Origin: a virus
Reading direction: 5' to 3' (one strand)
IMG/VR virus record: IMGVR_UViG_3300025933_000001
Coordinates: 1-64,000 of that record
DNA: 64,000 bases
The notes beneath the pieces are model-generated. The model saw only the letters and a program-made list of their open reading frames with translations. It had not been told where the DNA came from and made no database searches. Each line of letters starts with the position of its first letter. Positions within the stretch are counted from its first letter, which is position 1. Both the position numbers and the translations under genes were made by a program. Shown piece by piece: positions 17,649-26,854 of this stretch.

Positions 17649-17677
17649 ATTATAAGATCGCTACTTAACTTTGTCAA
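17649..17677 (-). promoter_or_regulatory. consensus sigma70 promoter TTGACA-17-TATAAT heading the RNA cluster
   Basis: exact hexamers and spacing. Confidence 0.85.
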
Positions 17678-17701
17678 TAGATGATCTTGACGAAGGAAAG
17701 A

Positions 17702-18040
17702 TCAGACTTCACGAATCGTATCAAAATCCAACGCAGGCGTACTATCTGTCTCTTCTGCTGTACTACCCCTACCAATCAACTTACCACCACTGCCGATCTT
17801 ATACTCTGCCACCAAACGTGCCATCTCATCGGCATTAATCTGCTTTACTACACTACTCTGCAACTCTAAGGTCTTCAAAGCGTACTCTGCTTTAGTTTTA
17901 AGCGGAATATCCTCACTCTCAAAAAGCTCATCTAGCACCTTCAGCACCGTAGGATTCATCTTTTCCAACGACTTAAGCATTTTATCTAACTCATGCTTCT
18001 TCTTGATGAACGTAAGCTCTTTAGCTACTAATCCAGTCAT
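17702..18040 (-). CDS. putative terminase small subunit
   Basis: 112 aa, helical, own promoter, upstream of TerL on the same strand; positional inference only. Confidence 0.45.
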   Translation of the reverse strand: MTGLVAKELTFIKKKHELDKMLKSLEKMNPTVLKVLDELFESEDIPLKTKAEYALKTLELQSSVVKQINADEMARLVAEYKIGSGGKLIGRGSTAEETDSTPALDFDTIREV

Positions 18041-18060
18041 GTTATTGTCCTTAAAACTGT

Positions 18061-18089
18061 ATTATAATGTCTTTACAGCAATTTGTCAA
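18061..18089 (-). promoter_or_regulatory. consensus sigma70 promoter TTGACA-17-TATAAT
   Basis: exact hexamers and spacing. Confidence 0.85.
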
Positions 18090-18115
18090 ATTAAGTAGCA
18101 CTCTTACGTAAGAAT

Positions 18116-18144
18116 TTGACAGATAAGTAGCGTTGCTCTATACT
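18116..18144 (+). promoter_or_regulatory. divergent sigma70 promoter TTGACA-17-TATACT
   Basis: hexamers present; CTTACGTAAG palindrome lies between the two -35 boxes. Confidence 0.8.
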
Positions 18145-18175
18145 AAGGCAGTGACAAAACAAAAGGAGAAATCTT

Positions 18176-18343
18176 ATGAACGTTTACTTCCGTGAAGACG
18201 GAAAACTTGGTTGCTTCAGCGTACCATTACTGGAGGGAGAAGATCATACTGACGCTATTCTTGCTGCAAAGGAAACATTGGTAGCAAGCGGGGATGGATG
18301 GGAAGATCCTGTGTTAGCTGTTATTGACGGAGGAAAGAAGTGA
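18176..18343 (+). CDS. 55-aa hypothetical protein (not in ORF track)
   Basis: AAGGAG RBS; MNVYFREDGKLGCFSVP...IDGGKK. Confidence 0.65.
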   Translation: MNVYFREDGKLGCFSVPLLEGEDHTDAILAAKETLVASGDGWEDPVLAVIDGGKK

Positions 18344-18446
18344 ACCTACAAGAATTTGTAGATGAATTTAATAGGTTTGATGTAAACGAATTTCTGGACT
18401 CGCTAGAAATGCTTGATGAAGATGATTATGAAGAAACGGAGGAAGA

Positions 18447-18725
18447 ATGACAGACGAACTTAAGGAAATTGAAGAAACTAACCTGTTTACATTCATGGTT
18501 AAATTTCAGGAACATGTACGGGCAGGATGGGAAGTTGATATAGAACGTCCTCCTTATGAATTAGCTGGCTACTATCATGCAACGCTACGATTTAACCTAC
18601 GTCGTGCACGAGATAATGCTCAAAAGTTGCTTGATGACAAACCTAAAATGACAGATCGTAAAGAAATCATGGCTGTAGCTAGGGCCGCTAGGGGGAAGAA
18701 TAAGGAACAACAAGATGGAAGTTAA
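18447..18725 (+). CDS. hypothetical protein
   Basis: GGAGG RBS, coupled ORF. Confidence 0.65.
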   Translation: MTDELKEIEETNLFTFMVKFQEHVRAGWEVDIERPPYELAGYYHATLRFNLRRARDNAQKLLDDKPKMTDRKEIMAVARAARGKNKEQQDGS

Positions 18726-18930
18726 ATTTGCTAATTGCTACGTACCTGTATGGAAGATCAGAAAAGGCACTTTGGTGTTGGCTGATCTGAGGGATTTCGG
18801 AAACACTCTCTGCTTTATTTCTGGAATATACAATGACCTACCTGGAAAATATTGGTTTAGGGTTGAAAACGGTTTTGGTATTGACACTGAAATTCAATCG
18901 GACACAATCACTTGGCTAGAGCCACATTGA
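18715..18930 (+). CDS. hypothetical protein
   Basis: overlapping coupled ORF with RBS. Confidence 0.55.
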   Translation: MEVKFANCYVPVWKIRKGTLVLADLRDFGNTLCFISGIYNDLPGKYWFRVENGFGIDTEIQSDTITWLEPH

Positions 18931-19004
18931 CACAAAGAATTTTCCTGCTACACTAATCTTGAGCGTTAAATCCCTAACGCTCTTAACAAAGGGAGGTAGA
19001 CATT

Positions 19005-19745
19005 ATGAGCAAATCCCGTAACAAAAAGAAGGAACCCTCTGAAGCTAAGGGGAGAGTAATAAAAGAAAAGTTTAAGGAGGAAAGGAAGCAGGAAGTTGCT
19101 TGTAAACCTGTCTACCCTCTAAACGAACGTCAAGCTGAGTATTTTCAAGCTATACGGGAGAAGGATTTGGTTGTAGCTACAGGATATGCTGGTACGTCTA
19201 AGACCTACATCGCAACCTGTCTTGCTGCTGATGCTTTCAGGGTGGGTGAAATTGATAAGATTGTGCTTGCAAGGCCAGCAATATCAGGCTCACAAAGCCT
19301 TGGCTTCTTCAGTGGTGATGCTAATGAGAAGATGCGTAACTGGCTTACACCGCTTCTTTCTGTGCTCTACCAGAGGATGGGACGAGATGTTGTAGACCTT
19401 GCCATTGCAGAAGGTAACATCGTATTGCAACCCCTCGAAACAGTGAAAGGAAATAGCTACGGTAAGAATACTTGGGTGATTGCAGATGAAATTCAGGACT
19501 GCACTATAGAAGAAATTAAAAGTATTGCAACAAGAAGTGCTGGTTGTAAGATGATTCTGTGTGGCGATGTAAGACAATCTGCTCTACATGAAGACAGTGG
19601 TTTAAGAATCTTCACTGACGTTGTTAAAAATAACCCTATTCTAAAAGAAAGCGTAGCACTAATCGAATTTGACTCGTATGAACATATCGTGCGTAGCAAA
19701 CTTTGCAAAAACCTAATTATTGCCTTTGATCGGGCAGGATACTAA
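19005..19745 (+). CDS. phoH: PhoH-family ATPase
   Basis: GYAGTSKT P-loop, IVLARP, LGFFSG, IADEIQD, CGDVRQS, IVRS. Confidence 0.9.
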   Translation: MSKSRNKKKEPSEAKGRVIKEKFKEERKQEVACKPVYPLNERQAEYFQAIREKDLVVATGYAGTSKTYIATCLAADAFRVGEIDKIVLARPAISGSQSLGFFSGDANEKMRNWLTPLLSVLYQRMGRDVVDLAIAEGNIVLQPLETVKGNSYGKNTWVIADEIQDCTIEEIKSIATRSAGCKMILCGDVRQSALHEDSGLRIFTDVVKNNPILKESVALIEFDSYEHIVRSKLCKNLIIAFDRAGY

Positions 19746-19758
19746 CAGGAGAACAAGA

Positions 19759-20424
19759 ATGACAAGAAATAAAACCCGTAACTCAGAAATTCTGGAACTG
19801 CTGAATAAAGTAGAACCATTTGAAGTGATTGCTTCGCCTATCGCTACACACTATATCGCTACAATCAACGATGCTTTTGAAGATAGCAGGCAGTTTGAAG
19901 ACCTTGTACGTGTGCTAGAGAATGCAAGACAAGGTGATTTTGTAGAAATTCGTCTTACAACACCGGGAGGAACACTAGAATCTGTACTCCCCCTTCTTGC
20001 CGCCATGGATGCTACTCATGCACAAGTTGTTGTTCATGCAATTAGTGATGTCTCTAGTGCTGGTACGCTGGTTCTTTTAGCTGCTGATGATGCTTACATT
20101 AATCCGTACATCACAATCATGTTCCACCAACCAAGATTTGGTACAGCAGGGCCAAGCAGTAGCGTAGAAGCTCTAGTAAATCATACAATGAAATCTTCTA
20201 AAGCTCTCTTGCAAGACTATTACAAAGATTTCTTCAGTACGGAAGAGATTGAACAAATGCTTGCTGGTAGGGATTTCTATATGGATAAGGATGAGTTCGA
20301 TGAACGTTATGAATACCGTATCGCTATCAGGGAGGAAAGGGCTAAAGATATGGAGGAAAAGCTTGTAGCGTTAGCTGAAGAACAGAGTAAGTCTGTTAAG
20401 AAAGGTAATAAGAAAGGAAAGTAA
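19759..20424 (+). CDS. ClpP-like (S14) serine protease
   Basis: LTTPGG, VSSAGT (Ser), MFHQP (His); start moved to the ATG after AGGAG. Confidence 0.8.
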   Translation: MTRNKTRNSEILELLNKVEPFEVIASPIATHYIATINDAFEDSRQFEDLVRVLENARQGDFVEIRLTTPGGTLESVLPLLAAMDATHAQVVVHAISDVSSAGTLVLLAADDAYINPYITIMFHQPRFGTAGPSSSVEALVNHTMKSSKALLQDYYKDFFSTEEIEQMLAGRDFYMDKDEFDERYEYRIAIREERAKDMEEKLVALAEEQSKSVKKGNKKGK

Positions 20425-21170
20425 TGAGCGATTATAAGGATAGTAACAACTGGCTAATGCTAGGAGATTGCCAGGAAAAGATGAAGGAAATTGAAGACGG
20501 GAGCGTAGATATGATCCTTTGTGACTTACCTTATGGTACTACACAGTGCAAATGGGATGCTGTAATTTCTTTCAATGATTTGTGGACTGAGTATAAGAGA
20601 GTTTGTAAGGCTGGCGGTGCAATTGTATTATTTGGCTCAGAACCATTCAGCTCCACACTGCGGTTAAGTAATTTGAAAATGTTCAAATACGATTGGATTT
20701 GGGAAAAAAATCGTGGGTCAGGTCACTTGAATGCTAAAAAGATGCCCATGAAGTCCCACGAAACAATTTCAGTATTTTATTCCTCTCAGCCTACCTATAA
20801 TCCGCAGGGAGTTGTTAAGGGTGTTTTCAATAACAGTAGACCAGTAAAAGCAAAAGGGAAGTCTACTGAATTGTTTGGAGCCGAAAAAGAGATAGAAACT
20901 TCAACAGTCGGAGGATATCCACTTACGGTACTGCGATTCGGGAAGGATGCATATGGAAAACAAAGCCTCCATCCCACACAAAAACCTGTAGATTTATGTG
21001 AATATCTAATCCGTACCTATACCAATGAACACGAAACCGTTCTTGATAATTGTATGGGTAGTGGTACTACTGGCGTCGCCTGTAACAACCTAAACCGTAA
21101 ATTTATCGGTATCGAACTTGACACTACTTATTACGGAGTAGCTAAGGATCGTATCAGAATTCCGAGATGA
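20424..21170 (+). CDS. DNA adenine/N4-cytosine methyltransferase (beta class), orphan
   Basis: DLPY catalytic motif, HPTQKP, VLDNCMGSGTT SAM motif. Confidence 0.92.
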   Translation: MSDYKDSNNWLMLGDCQEKMKEIEDGSVDMILCDLPYGTTQCKWDAVISFNDLWTEYKRVCKAGGAIVLFGSEPFSSTLRLSNLKMFKYDWIWEKNRGSGHLNAKKMPMKSHETISVFYSSQPTYNPQGVVKGVFNNSRPVKAKGKSTELFGAEKEIETSTVGGYPLTVLRFGKDAYGKQSLHPTQKPVDLCEYLIRTYTNEHETVLDNCMGSGTTGVACNNLNRKFIGIELDTTYYGVAKDRIRIPR

Positions 21171-21392
21171 CTAATATTACTGACTGAGAAAGGTAAGAAG
21201 AGTGGGAAGTGATGGATCGTGAAGGCTTCTAGAGGAAAACGTGCAGGGATTAGTAGATGGGTAAAACTATTATGTCTGCGTCGTATGAATAATCGTAGCT
21301 TTGAAAGAAGGACAATACGTAGAGGCTACTCTGGCATCCTAATCCTTAAAGAAGGGAAGAAAATGGACGGAGATGCATCGTAAGTAGGTAAG

Positions 21393-21429
21393 AGGCTTGT
21401 GGCTGAAAGGCTACGAGCCTTTTTCTTTT
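21393..21429 (+). terminator. rho-independent terminator
   Basis: aggcttgtggc-tgaaag-gctacgagcct followed by a T tract. Confidence 0.75.
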
Positions 21430-21433
21430 GTGC

Positions 21434-21462
21434 TTGCAATACGTAAGTAAGAGTGTTAGGAT
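21434..21462 (+). promoter_or_regulatory. promoter TTGCAA-17-TAGGAT with TACGTAAGTAAG in the spacer
   Basis: near-consensus hexamers directly after a terminator. Confidence 0.6.
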
Positions 21463-21489
21463 GAAGGCTCTTATTAATTGAAAGGAAGA

Positions 21490-21684
21490 ATGATGTCTAG
21501 ACCAACTATTGTCCATCTAATTGAATCTGAGCGTGGATGGGGTACTAAAATTGACGATGTAAGAGAGTTCAACACTCTCAAGGAAGCTGAAAACTTTGTC
21601 AGGGAATTTAACAAGCAATACGACTTTGATGTCGTTCCTGAATACTATTACATTGCACAGATTGTGCAGATAGGTGATAAATGA
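21490..21684 (+). CDS. hypothetical phage protein
   Basis: IESERGWGTKID motif; RBS. Confidence 0.65.
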   Translation: MMSRPTIVHLIESERGWGTKIDDVREFNTLKEAENFVREFNKQYDFDVVPEYYYIAQIVQIGDK

Positions 21685-21834
21685 GTTGGAACAACATTAT
21701 CCCTTGGCAAGTGTTGATTATAGAATGTAACTACTATAACGCTTTAGAGTGCTGTGCATTTGCAAATGAGATAGCAGTGCATGAATTTAGAGATGACTAT
21801 TGCTATTAAGTAAGATTATTAATTAGGAGAAAAT

Positions 21835-22050
21835 ATGGTAAAGCAAGTAACTAAGTATGAAGCAGTTGATGGCAGTTTGTTCGACACACAAGAGGAAGCG
21901 CAGCATTACGAGGAAGGTGTACTGATGAGAAGCACTCTTGCAGATTTTATCTACGATAGTGTCAGTTTAGGAGAGTTCTACCACAGTGATGCATTCTCTT
22001 TAGCGCAAGACTTGCTAAAAGTCTTCAACATTGAAAAGAAAGGAGAGTGA
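21835..22050 (+). CDS. hypothetical protein
   Basis: YEAVDGSLFDTQEEA motif; AGGAG RBS. Confidence 0.65.
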   Translation: MVKQVTKYEAVDGSLFDTQEEAQHYEEGVLMRSTLADFIYDSVSLGEFYHSDAFSLAQDLLKVFNIEKKGE

Positions 22051-22280
22051 AATTGGAAAACGTAACAACAGAAATCACACGTACAGTGTGGGCAACTGAA
22101 GGAGGAATATCTGTCTCCCCAGATCAAGATGGATTAGGTGAGATAAGAATTTTCTCAGCAGATCAATGGTCCAAGTCTAATCTAGTAGATATTGACTTTA
22201 CCATCCCTCCAGAAATGGCTAAAGCCCTCGGGGAAGCCATGATTGCAACAGCTAACGAACTACTTAAGGAGAAGAAATAA
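22047..22280 (+). CDS. hypothetical protein
   Basis: coupled ORF with RBS. Confidence 0.6.
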   Translation: MKLENVTTEITRTVWATEGGISVSPDQDGLGEIRIFSADQWSKSNLVDIDFTIPPEMAKALGEAMIATANELLKEKK

Positions 22281-22576
22281 TGACTATGAAATCTAGTGAA
22301 ATTCAAAGCTTAATCAGGGGAGTAGCTGAAAGTATTACATACTACGAGATTGAAGTGAGGATTTCTCGTAACTACATTAAATACGTATATTCCCAGAAAT
22401 TTTACGACAACGATCATCCTCGTGTAGAAGAGTTGAAAATTCTCTACGCTGACAACGCCAAGAAGGAAATTAGCAAACACAAGAAGAAGCTAAAACGCTT
22501 ACGACAGCTACAAGTTTCTCTTAAGAAAGAGCTTAAATACGCCTACCTTGTTGAAAATGTTTTAGATAGGATTTAA
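22280..22576 (+). CDS. hypothetical protein
   Basis: coupled ORF. Confidence 0.6.
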   Translation: MTMKSSEIQSLIRGVAESITYYEIEVRISRNYIKYVYSQKFYDNDHPRVEELKILYADNAKKEISKHKKKLKRLRQLQVSLKKELKYAYLVENVLDRI

Positions 22577-22580
22577 CATC

Positions 22581-22772
22581 ATGTTTACAACTGAACAAAA
22601 ATACGAATGGCTTCTTAGTAAGCTAAGGATTACAGATGTTGACTATTGGGAACACGATGCTTTAATTTCTCTTCCTAATAGAATCTGCTTCGTAGCACAA
22701 GACATAAATAAGGTTTTTACAGTAGATCAAGCTGTTGAAATTGCTATGCGTATGGAGGGATTGAATGAATAA
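22581..22772 (+). CDS. hypothetical protein
   Basis: coupled ORF. Confidence 0.55.
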   Translation: MFTTEQKYEWLLSKLRITDVDYWEHDALISLPNRICFVAQDINKVFTVDQAVEIAMRMEGLNE

Positions 22773-22968
22773 CGAATATGTCGTCGATGTAGAACTTTAC
22801 AATTTTGAACACGGGATGTCTCCTTTCGCATGGATGAACGTTGCTGTTAACACAAGCTGCAGTGTAACAAGTGCGAAATTTATAGAAACTGTTAATACAA
22901 TAGTCAAAGGAAGCAAAACTATTCAACCTGCAGATAAAGTACGTATTGTGGGAGTGTTTAAGCTGTGA
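22765..22968 (+). CDS. hypothetical protein
   Basis: coupled ORF. Confidence 0.55.
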   Translation: MNNEYVVDVELYNFEHGMSPFAWMNVAVNTSCSVTSAKFIETVNTIVKGSKTIQPADKVRIVGVFKL

Positions 22969-23351
22969 ATACATACCTGCCCAAACACTCTGGCCCTTGT
23001 GCTAAGGCTCATGTCGTAGCAACGCTAGTTACACAAGATGGACAACAATTCGAGAGTACAAACTTCTGCCTCACCCCACAATCTGTTTGCCCTAGAGAAG
23101 AGCAGGGCTACAAATCAGGAGAAGGCTACCATCTCTGTAAAACTATTTGCAACCAAGCTGGACATGCAGAAGAGAACGTAATATTCTTTGCTAGGAAGAA
23201 AGGAGCGAACGTAAGAGGGAGCACTATCGACGTAGAATACTCTTGGATTTGTGAGAATTGTAAGAGAGTGGCTAAGGATTGGGACGTAGAAGTGAAGATT
23301 AAGGAGAAGAATGAATACGTTTTATTGGATTGCTGTAGCAATATTGGCTAA
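22965..23351 (+). CDS. cytidine/dCMP deaminase-like protein
   Basis: CAKAHVVA, CPRE...GEGYHLC, HAEEN, ICENC zinc motifs. Confidence 0.75.
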   Translation: MNTYLPKHSGPCAKAHVVATLVTQDGQQFESTNFCLTPQSVCPREEQGYKSGEGYHLCKTICNQAGHAEENVIFFARKKGANVRGSTIDVEYSWICENCKRVAKDWDVEVKIKEKNEYVLLDCCSNIG

Positions 23352-23505
23352 CTTATTCGTTGGTTGTGGTGTTTGTGCTGCTATAGATGATGACGATAAG
23401 CGCTTGTATAAGTGGTACTGTAAAGGCCCTGTGTTGATTGCATGGTTAGTACCGTTTCTATGGCCTGTAACAGCTTATTTCTGGTTTAGAGGAGAAAGAA
23501 AATGA
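23311..23505 (+). CDS. small membrane protein
   Basis: two hydrophobic segments. Confidence 0.55.
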   Translation: MNTFYWIAVAILANLFVGCGVCAAIDDDDKRLYKWYCKGPVLIAWLVPFLWPVTAYFWFRGERK

Positions 23506-23795
23506 ATTTATATAAAGAAGGGGACATATGCTACGGGGTTAGCATGCCTGCTAGTTTGTACAATTACATGTTCATGGTATGTACGATAGAAGTGTGCTAC
23601 CCTCATTGCAATTTTGAAGATGGAACATCAGGGCCGGGATATAGAGTATTATGGAGAGTACCGGGAGGGAAGATAGACAGAAGTATCATCGGAGAAAGAC
23701 ATCTACGTTTACGTAGGCCACTGGTTGATAAGAGTGATTGGAATACTCTTATTGGTATATGCAAGATTGATTTTAGGAAAGGAATAGCTAAATGA
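23502..23795 (+). CDS. hypothetical protein
   Basis: coupled ORF. Confidence 0.55.
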   Translation: MNLYKEGDICYGVSMPASLYNYMFMVCTIEVCYPHCNFEDGTSGPGYRVLWRVPGGKIDRSIIGERHLRLRRPLVDKSDWNTLIGICKIDFRKGIAK

Positions 23796-23989
23796 CAACA
23801 TTCATTATTCTATACTTAATTTGGTGGCTTGGAGGTTTTGTAGCCTCAGTGTACGTCAGTACTAAGGAATCAAGCTTCACATACATGGAGCTTTTTATAG
23901 GCTTGATGGCATGCATGATTGTAGGTTGGTTTCCTGTTTTTGCAATGACATTAGGTGATAAGATTGCTATTGAACGGAGGAATAAATGA
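23792..23989 (+). CDS. small membrane protein
   Basis: two hydrophobic segments. Confidence 0.55.
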   Translation: MTTFIILYLIWWLGGFVASVYVSTKESSFTYMELFIGLMACMIVGWFPVFAMTLGDKIAIERRNK

Positions 23990-24216
23990 GAATATCTGTT
24001 ATCGAAGGTGATAGTGGTTTTAATTGTTGGCAAGATTTCTCCAAAGCAGTTGTCACACTTGATGGAGAACCTGTATATAATGTGTTAACAGCCGACGAGA
24101 TGCTTGGCTTTGTCCTTGTACAAGATAGAAACGAATGGGGATTTCTACAATTTGACGAAGACGGAGAAATTCTTACAAAGAAGCTACGAGGACGTGTAGT
24201 TATTACATTCTGTTAA
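23986..24216 (+). CDS. hypothetical protein
   Basis: GGAGG RBS; TADE...G.V motif. Confidence 0.6.
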   Translation: MRISVIEGDSGFNCWQDFSKAVVTLDGEPVYNVLTADEMLGFVLVQDRNEWGFLQFDEDGEILTKKLRGRVVITFC

Positions 24217-24255
24217 ATATTACATTCTCCTAATTCCCTTAAGAAAGGATGTTAC

Positions 24256-24570
24256 ATGGAATCCTGCTCAGAGAGTGACACATCGCTGGCTAATGTTCTT
24301 GCTTTCATACAACTAATGCAACAGAGGGACAAATACACATCTTCTATAAAGAATATATCAGGGATTGTAGCCTCTATCGAAGTGGATGGGAAAGATTGTC
24401 ACCTATCACTTGATGATTTAGTTGATGTTGCATCCAAAGCAGCATATCTTGGAAGAGTTATGAAACAAACAACTATTGACATTGATCTTTTGACGGAGAA
24501 CAATCGTCTAAGAGAAAGACTAATGAAGCTTAGGAACGCTTTCATAGAGGAATTGTCCAACGATCTTTAA
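24256..24570 (+). CDS. hypothetical protein
   Basis: RBS, 104 aa. Confidence 0.55.
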   Translation: MESCSESDTSLANVLAFIQLMQQRDKYTSSIKNISGIVASIEVDGKDCHLSLDDLVDVASKAAYLGRVMKQTTIDIDLLTENNRLRERLMKLRNAFIEELSNDL

Positions 24571-24588
24571 CCACCTGAAGAGGCAGTC

Positions 24589-24831
24589 ATGGATACACCT
24601 GAAGACTTTGGCACACAACACAAACAACATCCTATAGCGGATAGTGTTGGAGTGATAACAATCTACGGAATCCCTATGGGATTTACAATAATCCCAGTAG
24701 ACTGCCCTCCTGAAGTAGAAAGAGTGATAGAACAAGCTATCAAAGAAGGAAAGACACCAAAGCAAATATGGAGGCTTGCTATCAAACATGCTCCAAGCCT
24801 TGGTACTGTAATTTATAAACCTAAGACTTAA
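24589..24831 (+). CDS. hypothetical protein
   Basis: GAGG RBS. Confidence 0.55.
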   Translation: MDTPEDFGTQHKQHPIADSVGVITIYGIPMGFTIIPVDCPPEVERVIEQAIKEGKTPKQIWRLAIKHAPSLGTVIYKPKT

Positions 24832-24847
24832 AATACAAACAATAAAT

Positions 24848-25162
24848 ATGAGTAAACGTAACAACAGACAGACAAAGGAATTGAATATGACCTCTACCAC
24901 AGACGCAAGTAATATCAATGTCGATGAAAATAAGCAATCCCTCCCTCCTGTAACACAATGGGCTGAAGACATGGGTTTTAGCAAAGGAATAAGAGCAGCT
25001 TACTCTGTGTATGTGCATGAGCAGCCAGATACCCCTGTGTTTACAAGTAGCCATAAGTACAAAGCTTCCGTGAAAGATAGTACAGGGAAGGTTTTATGTG
25101 ATTGTTATACTGTACAGGATGCTGTAATCATTGCAGAGGCTTTGGAGAAGGCTAAAGCTTAA
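24848..25162 (+). CDS. hypothetical protein
   Basis: ends before a terminator; start may be the second ATG. Confidence 0.55.
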   Translation: MSKRNNRQTKELNMTSTTDASNINVDENKQSLPPVTQWAEDMGFSKGIRAAYSVYVHEQPDTPVFTSSHKYKASVKDSTGKVLCDCYTVQDAVIIAEALEKAKA

Positions 25163-25183
25163 TAATCAGGAAAGAACTTAAAT

Positions 25184-25211
25184 AGCGCACTATCTTGGTG
25201 CGCTTTATTTT
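25184..25211 (+). terminator. rho-independent terminator
   Basis: agcgcac-tatcttg-gtgcgct with T-rich tail. Confidence 0.65.
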
Positions 25212-25279
25212 ACCTATATTCTCTGTAAGGAATATGTTACGAATATTCCTTGTAAGGTATATTTTACAATTAACTTAAG

Positions 25280-25307
25280 AAGGGCACTTTTGGTGCCCTT
25301 TTATTTT
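25280..25307 (+). terminator. terminator-like hairpin upstream of the HNH gene
   Basis: aagggcac-ttttg-gtgccctt followed by Ts. Confidence 0.6.
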
Positions 25308-25329
25308 GTCTAATAATAACGTAGGAAGG

Positions 25330-26529
25330 ATGGAAAGAATGCAGGTTGGAGAGAAATATAAAACAAAACATTGGGGTGAGGTGGAAGTGTTGGAAATCTT
25401 ACCAAAGAGAATGGTAAAGATCGTCTTTCTGAATACAGGGCACATAAAGTCTACAAGAAAAGATGCTCTTGAAATGGGGTACGCAACCGACTCAGAAGCA
25501 GAAGAGGGAGGGATGCTTCCTGAAGTTGAGTATAAGAAAGTCTCGTCCGAGGATGCTTACATACCTTCAGGAACTGTCTTTGAAAGTAAAAATTGGGGAA
25601 AATTTGAGGTAGTGGAATACCTTGGCAGCAAAAATATAAAGATAAGATTTTTAGCTACAGGCTGTGAACAAGTAACACAAAGATACACTATCGAAAACGG
25701 ACTGGTCAAAGACTACATAGCAGAAGCCAAGATTAAAGAGGAAAAGAGATTACTGGAGGAAGAACAGAAACGGCAGAAAGAAAAGTTGAGGGAAGAAGCT
25801 AAACTAGAGAGATTGAGGAAAGATAAAGAGATACAAGAAAAACGTAGGAAAGAAAAAGAGTTAAAACAAGCTGAACTACACAGACGTAGGCTGGAAAAAG
25901 CAGAGGCTAGGAATGCAGAGTTTGTAGGGTTCACAAACACTGATACTTACGGATTAGAATATACGGTGGTAGGAAGGAAAGGTATTAACAAAGTATGGGC
26001 TGTACAATACAAAGAGTCCGGCAACACTTATGAATGTAAGGAAGGTCTGATACTGAAAGGCCATGTTTTGGATAAAAATCATCCGAAATTTAAAGAATTA
26101 GAGAAAGAATATATAAGGCGTAAGAGCATAGAGTGGTACGAGAAAAATAGAGAATCGGCTATAGATGCTGCTAAAACTTATCAAAAGAACAATTTAGATA
26201 GGGCTAGGATTAAGAATCAGAAGAGAAGGGCTAAGAGAAAGAAAATTGGTGGAAGTCATACTTTAGAGGAAATTGAACAGATGTTGGAGGATCAAAACTG
26301 CCAATGTAATTGTTGTGGAGAAATATTAACTAAAAGCAATAAACATCTAGATCATATTATGCCTGTAGCGTTAGGTGGCAGTAATTCAATAGAGAATCTT
26401 CAATGGCTTTGTCAATTTTGTAACATTAGCAAGTCAGACAAACATCCAGACGAATGGGCTATCTACTCAGCTACTGAAGAATTTAAGCTGAGAAGACAGG
26501 CAAGACTTCAAAATTCAATTTTAAACTAA
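25330..26529 (+). CDS. HNH endonuclease with repeated N-terminal DNA-binding modules and a coiled coil
   Basis: repeated GxxxxxKxWGxxEVxE...IxFxxTG; HLDHIMPVALGGSNSIENLQWLCQFCNISK. Confidence 0.85.
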   Translation: MERMQVGEKYKTKHWGEVEVLEILPKRMVKIVFLNTGHIKSTRKDALEMGYATDSEAEEGGMLPEVEYKKVSSEDAYIPSGTVFESKNWGKFEVVEYLGSKNIKIRFLATGCEQVTQRYTIENGLVKDYIAEAKIKEEKRLLEEEQKRQKEKLREEAKLERLRKDKEIQEKRRKEKELKQAELHRRRLEKAEARNAEFVGFTNTDTYGLEYTVVGRKGINKVWAVQYKESGNTYECKEGLILKGHVLDKNHPKFKELEKEYIRRKSIEWYEKNRESAIDAAKTYQKNNLDRARIKNQKRRAKRKKIGGSHTLEEIEQMLEDQNCQCNCCGEILTKSNKHLDHIMPVALGGSNSIENLQWLCQFCNISKSDKHPDEWAIYSATEEFKLRRQARLQNSILN

Positions 26530-26854
26530 AAATAAAATTTCAAAACACGATTTTCAGGCAGAAACTATAAATTAAGTTCTTGTAATATCCATAGGAGTAT
26601 GCTTGGAAATTAGTCATTCAGCGGTTGTGTTGCGAAGCCAGGGACATATCTATCCGATACCGGCCCTAGGTTCTATCAAAAATATCCACAAGCCATTTTC
26701 TCTTCAAGTTAGTACCTTCCTACCCTCTTTAGCATCGACGCCTCTACGGGCCTCCTATCGCTTCCTATGGCTATGTGTAAAACCTAGAACGATCGTAAAT
26801 ACCTCTTGATTTTGTGGTATAGTGAACTTTCCACTACTGTATGAAGAGGTTGAT

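Noticed and set aside
16389-21405. 14-nt match GAGGCTTGTGGCTG between the RNA spacer (minus strand) and the 21393 terminator (plus strand)
   Set aside because: A single short match with the same sense in both transcripts and no further similarity; plausibly chance
26603-26809. 68-aa ORF upstream of the recombinase
   Set aside because: TTG start without an RBS and atypical composition; more likely part of the non-coding boundary region
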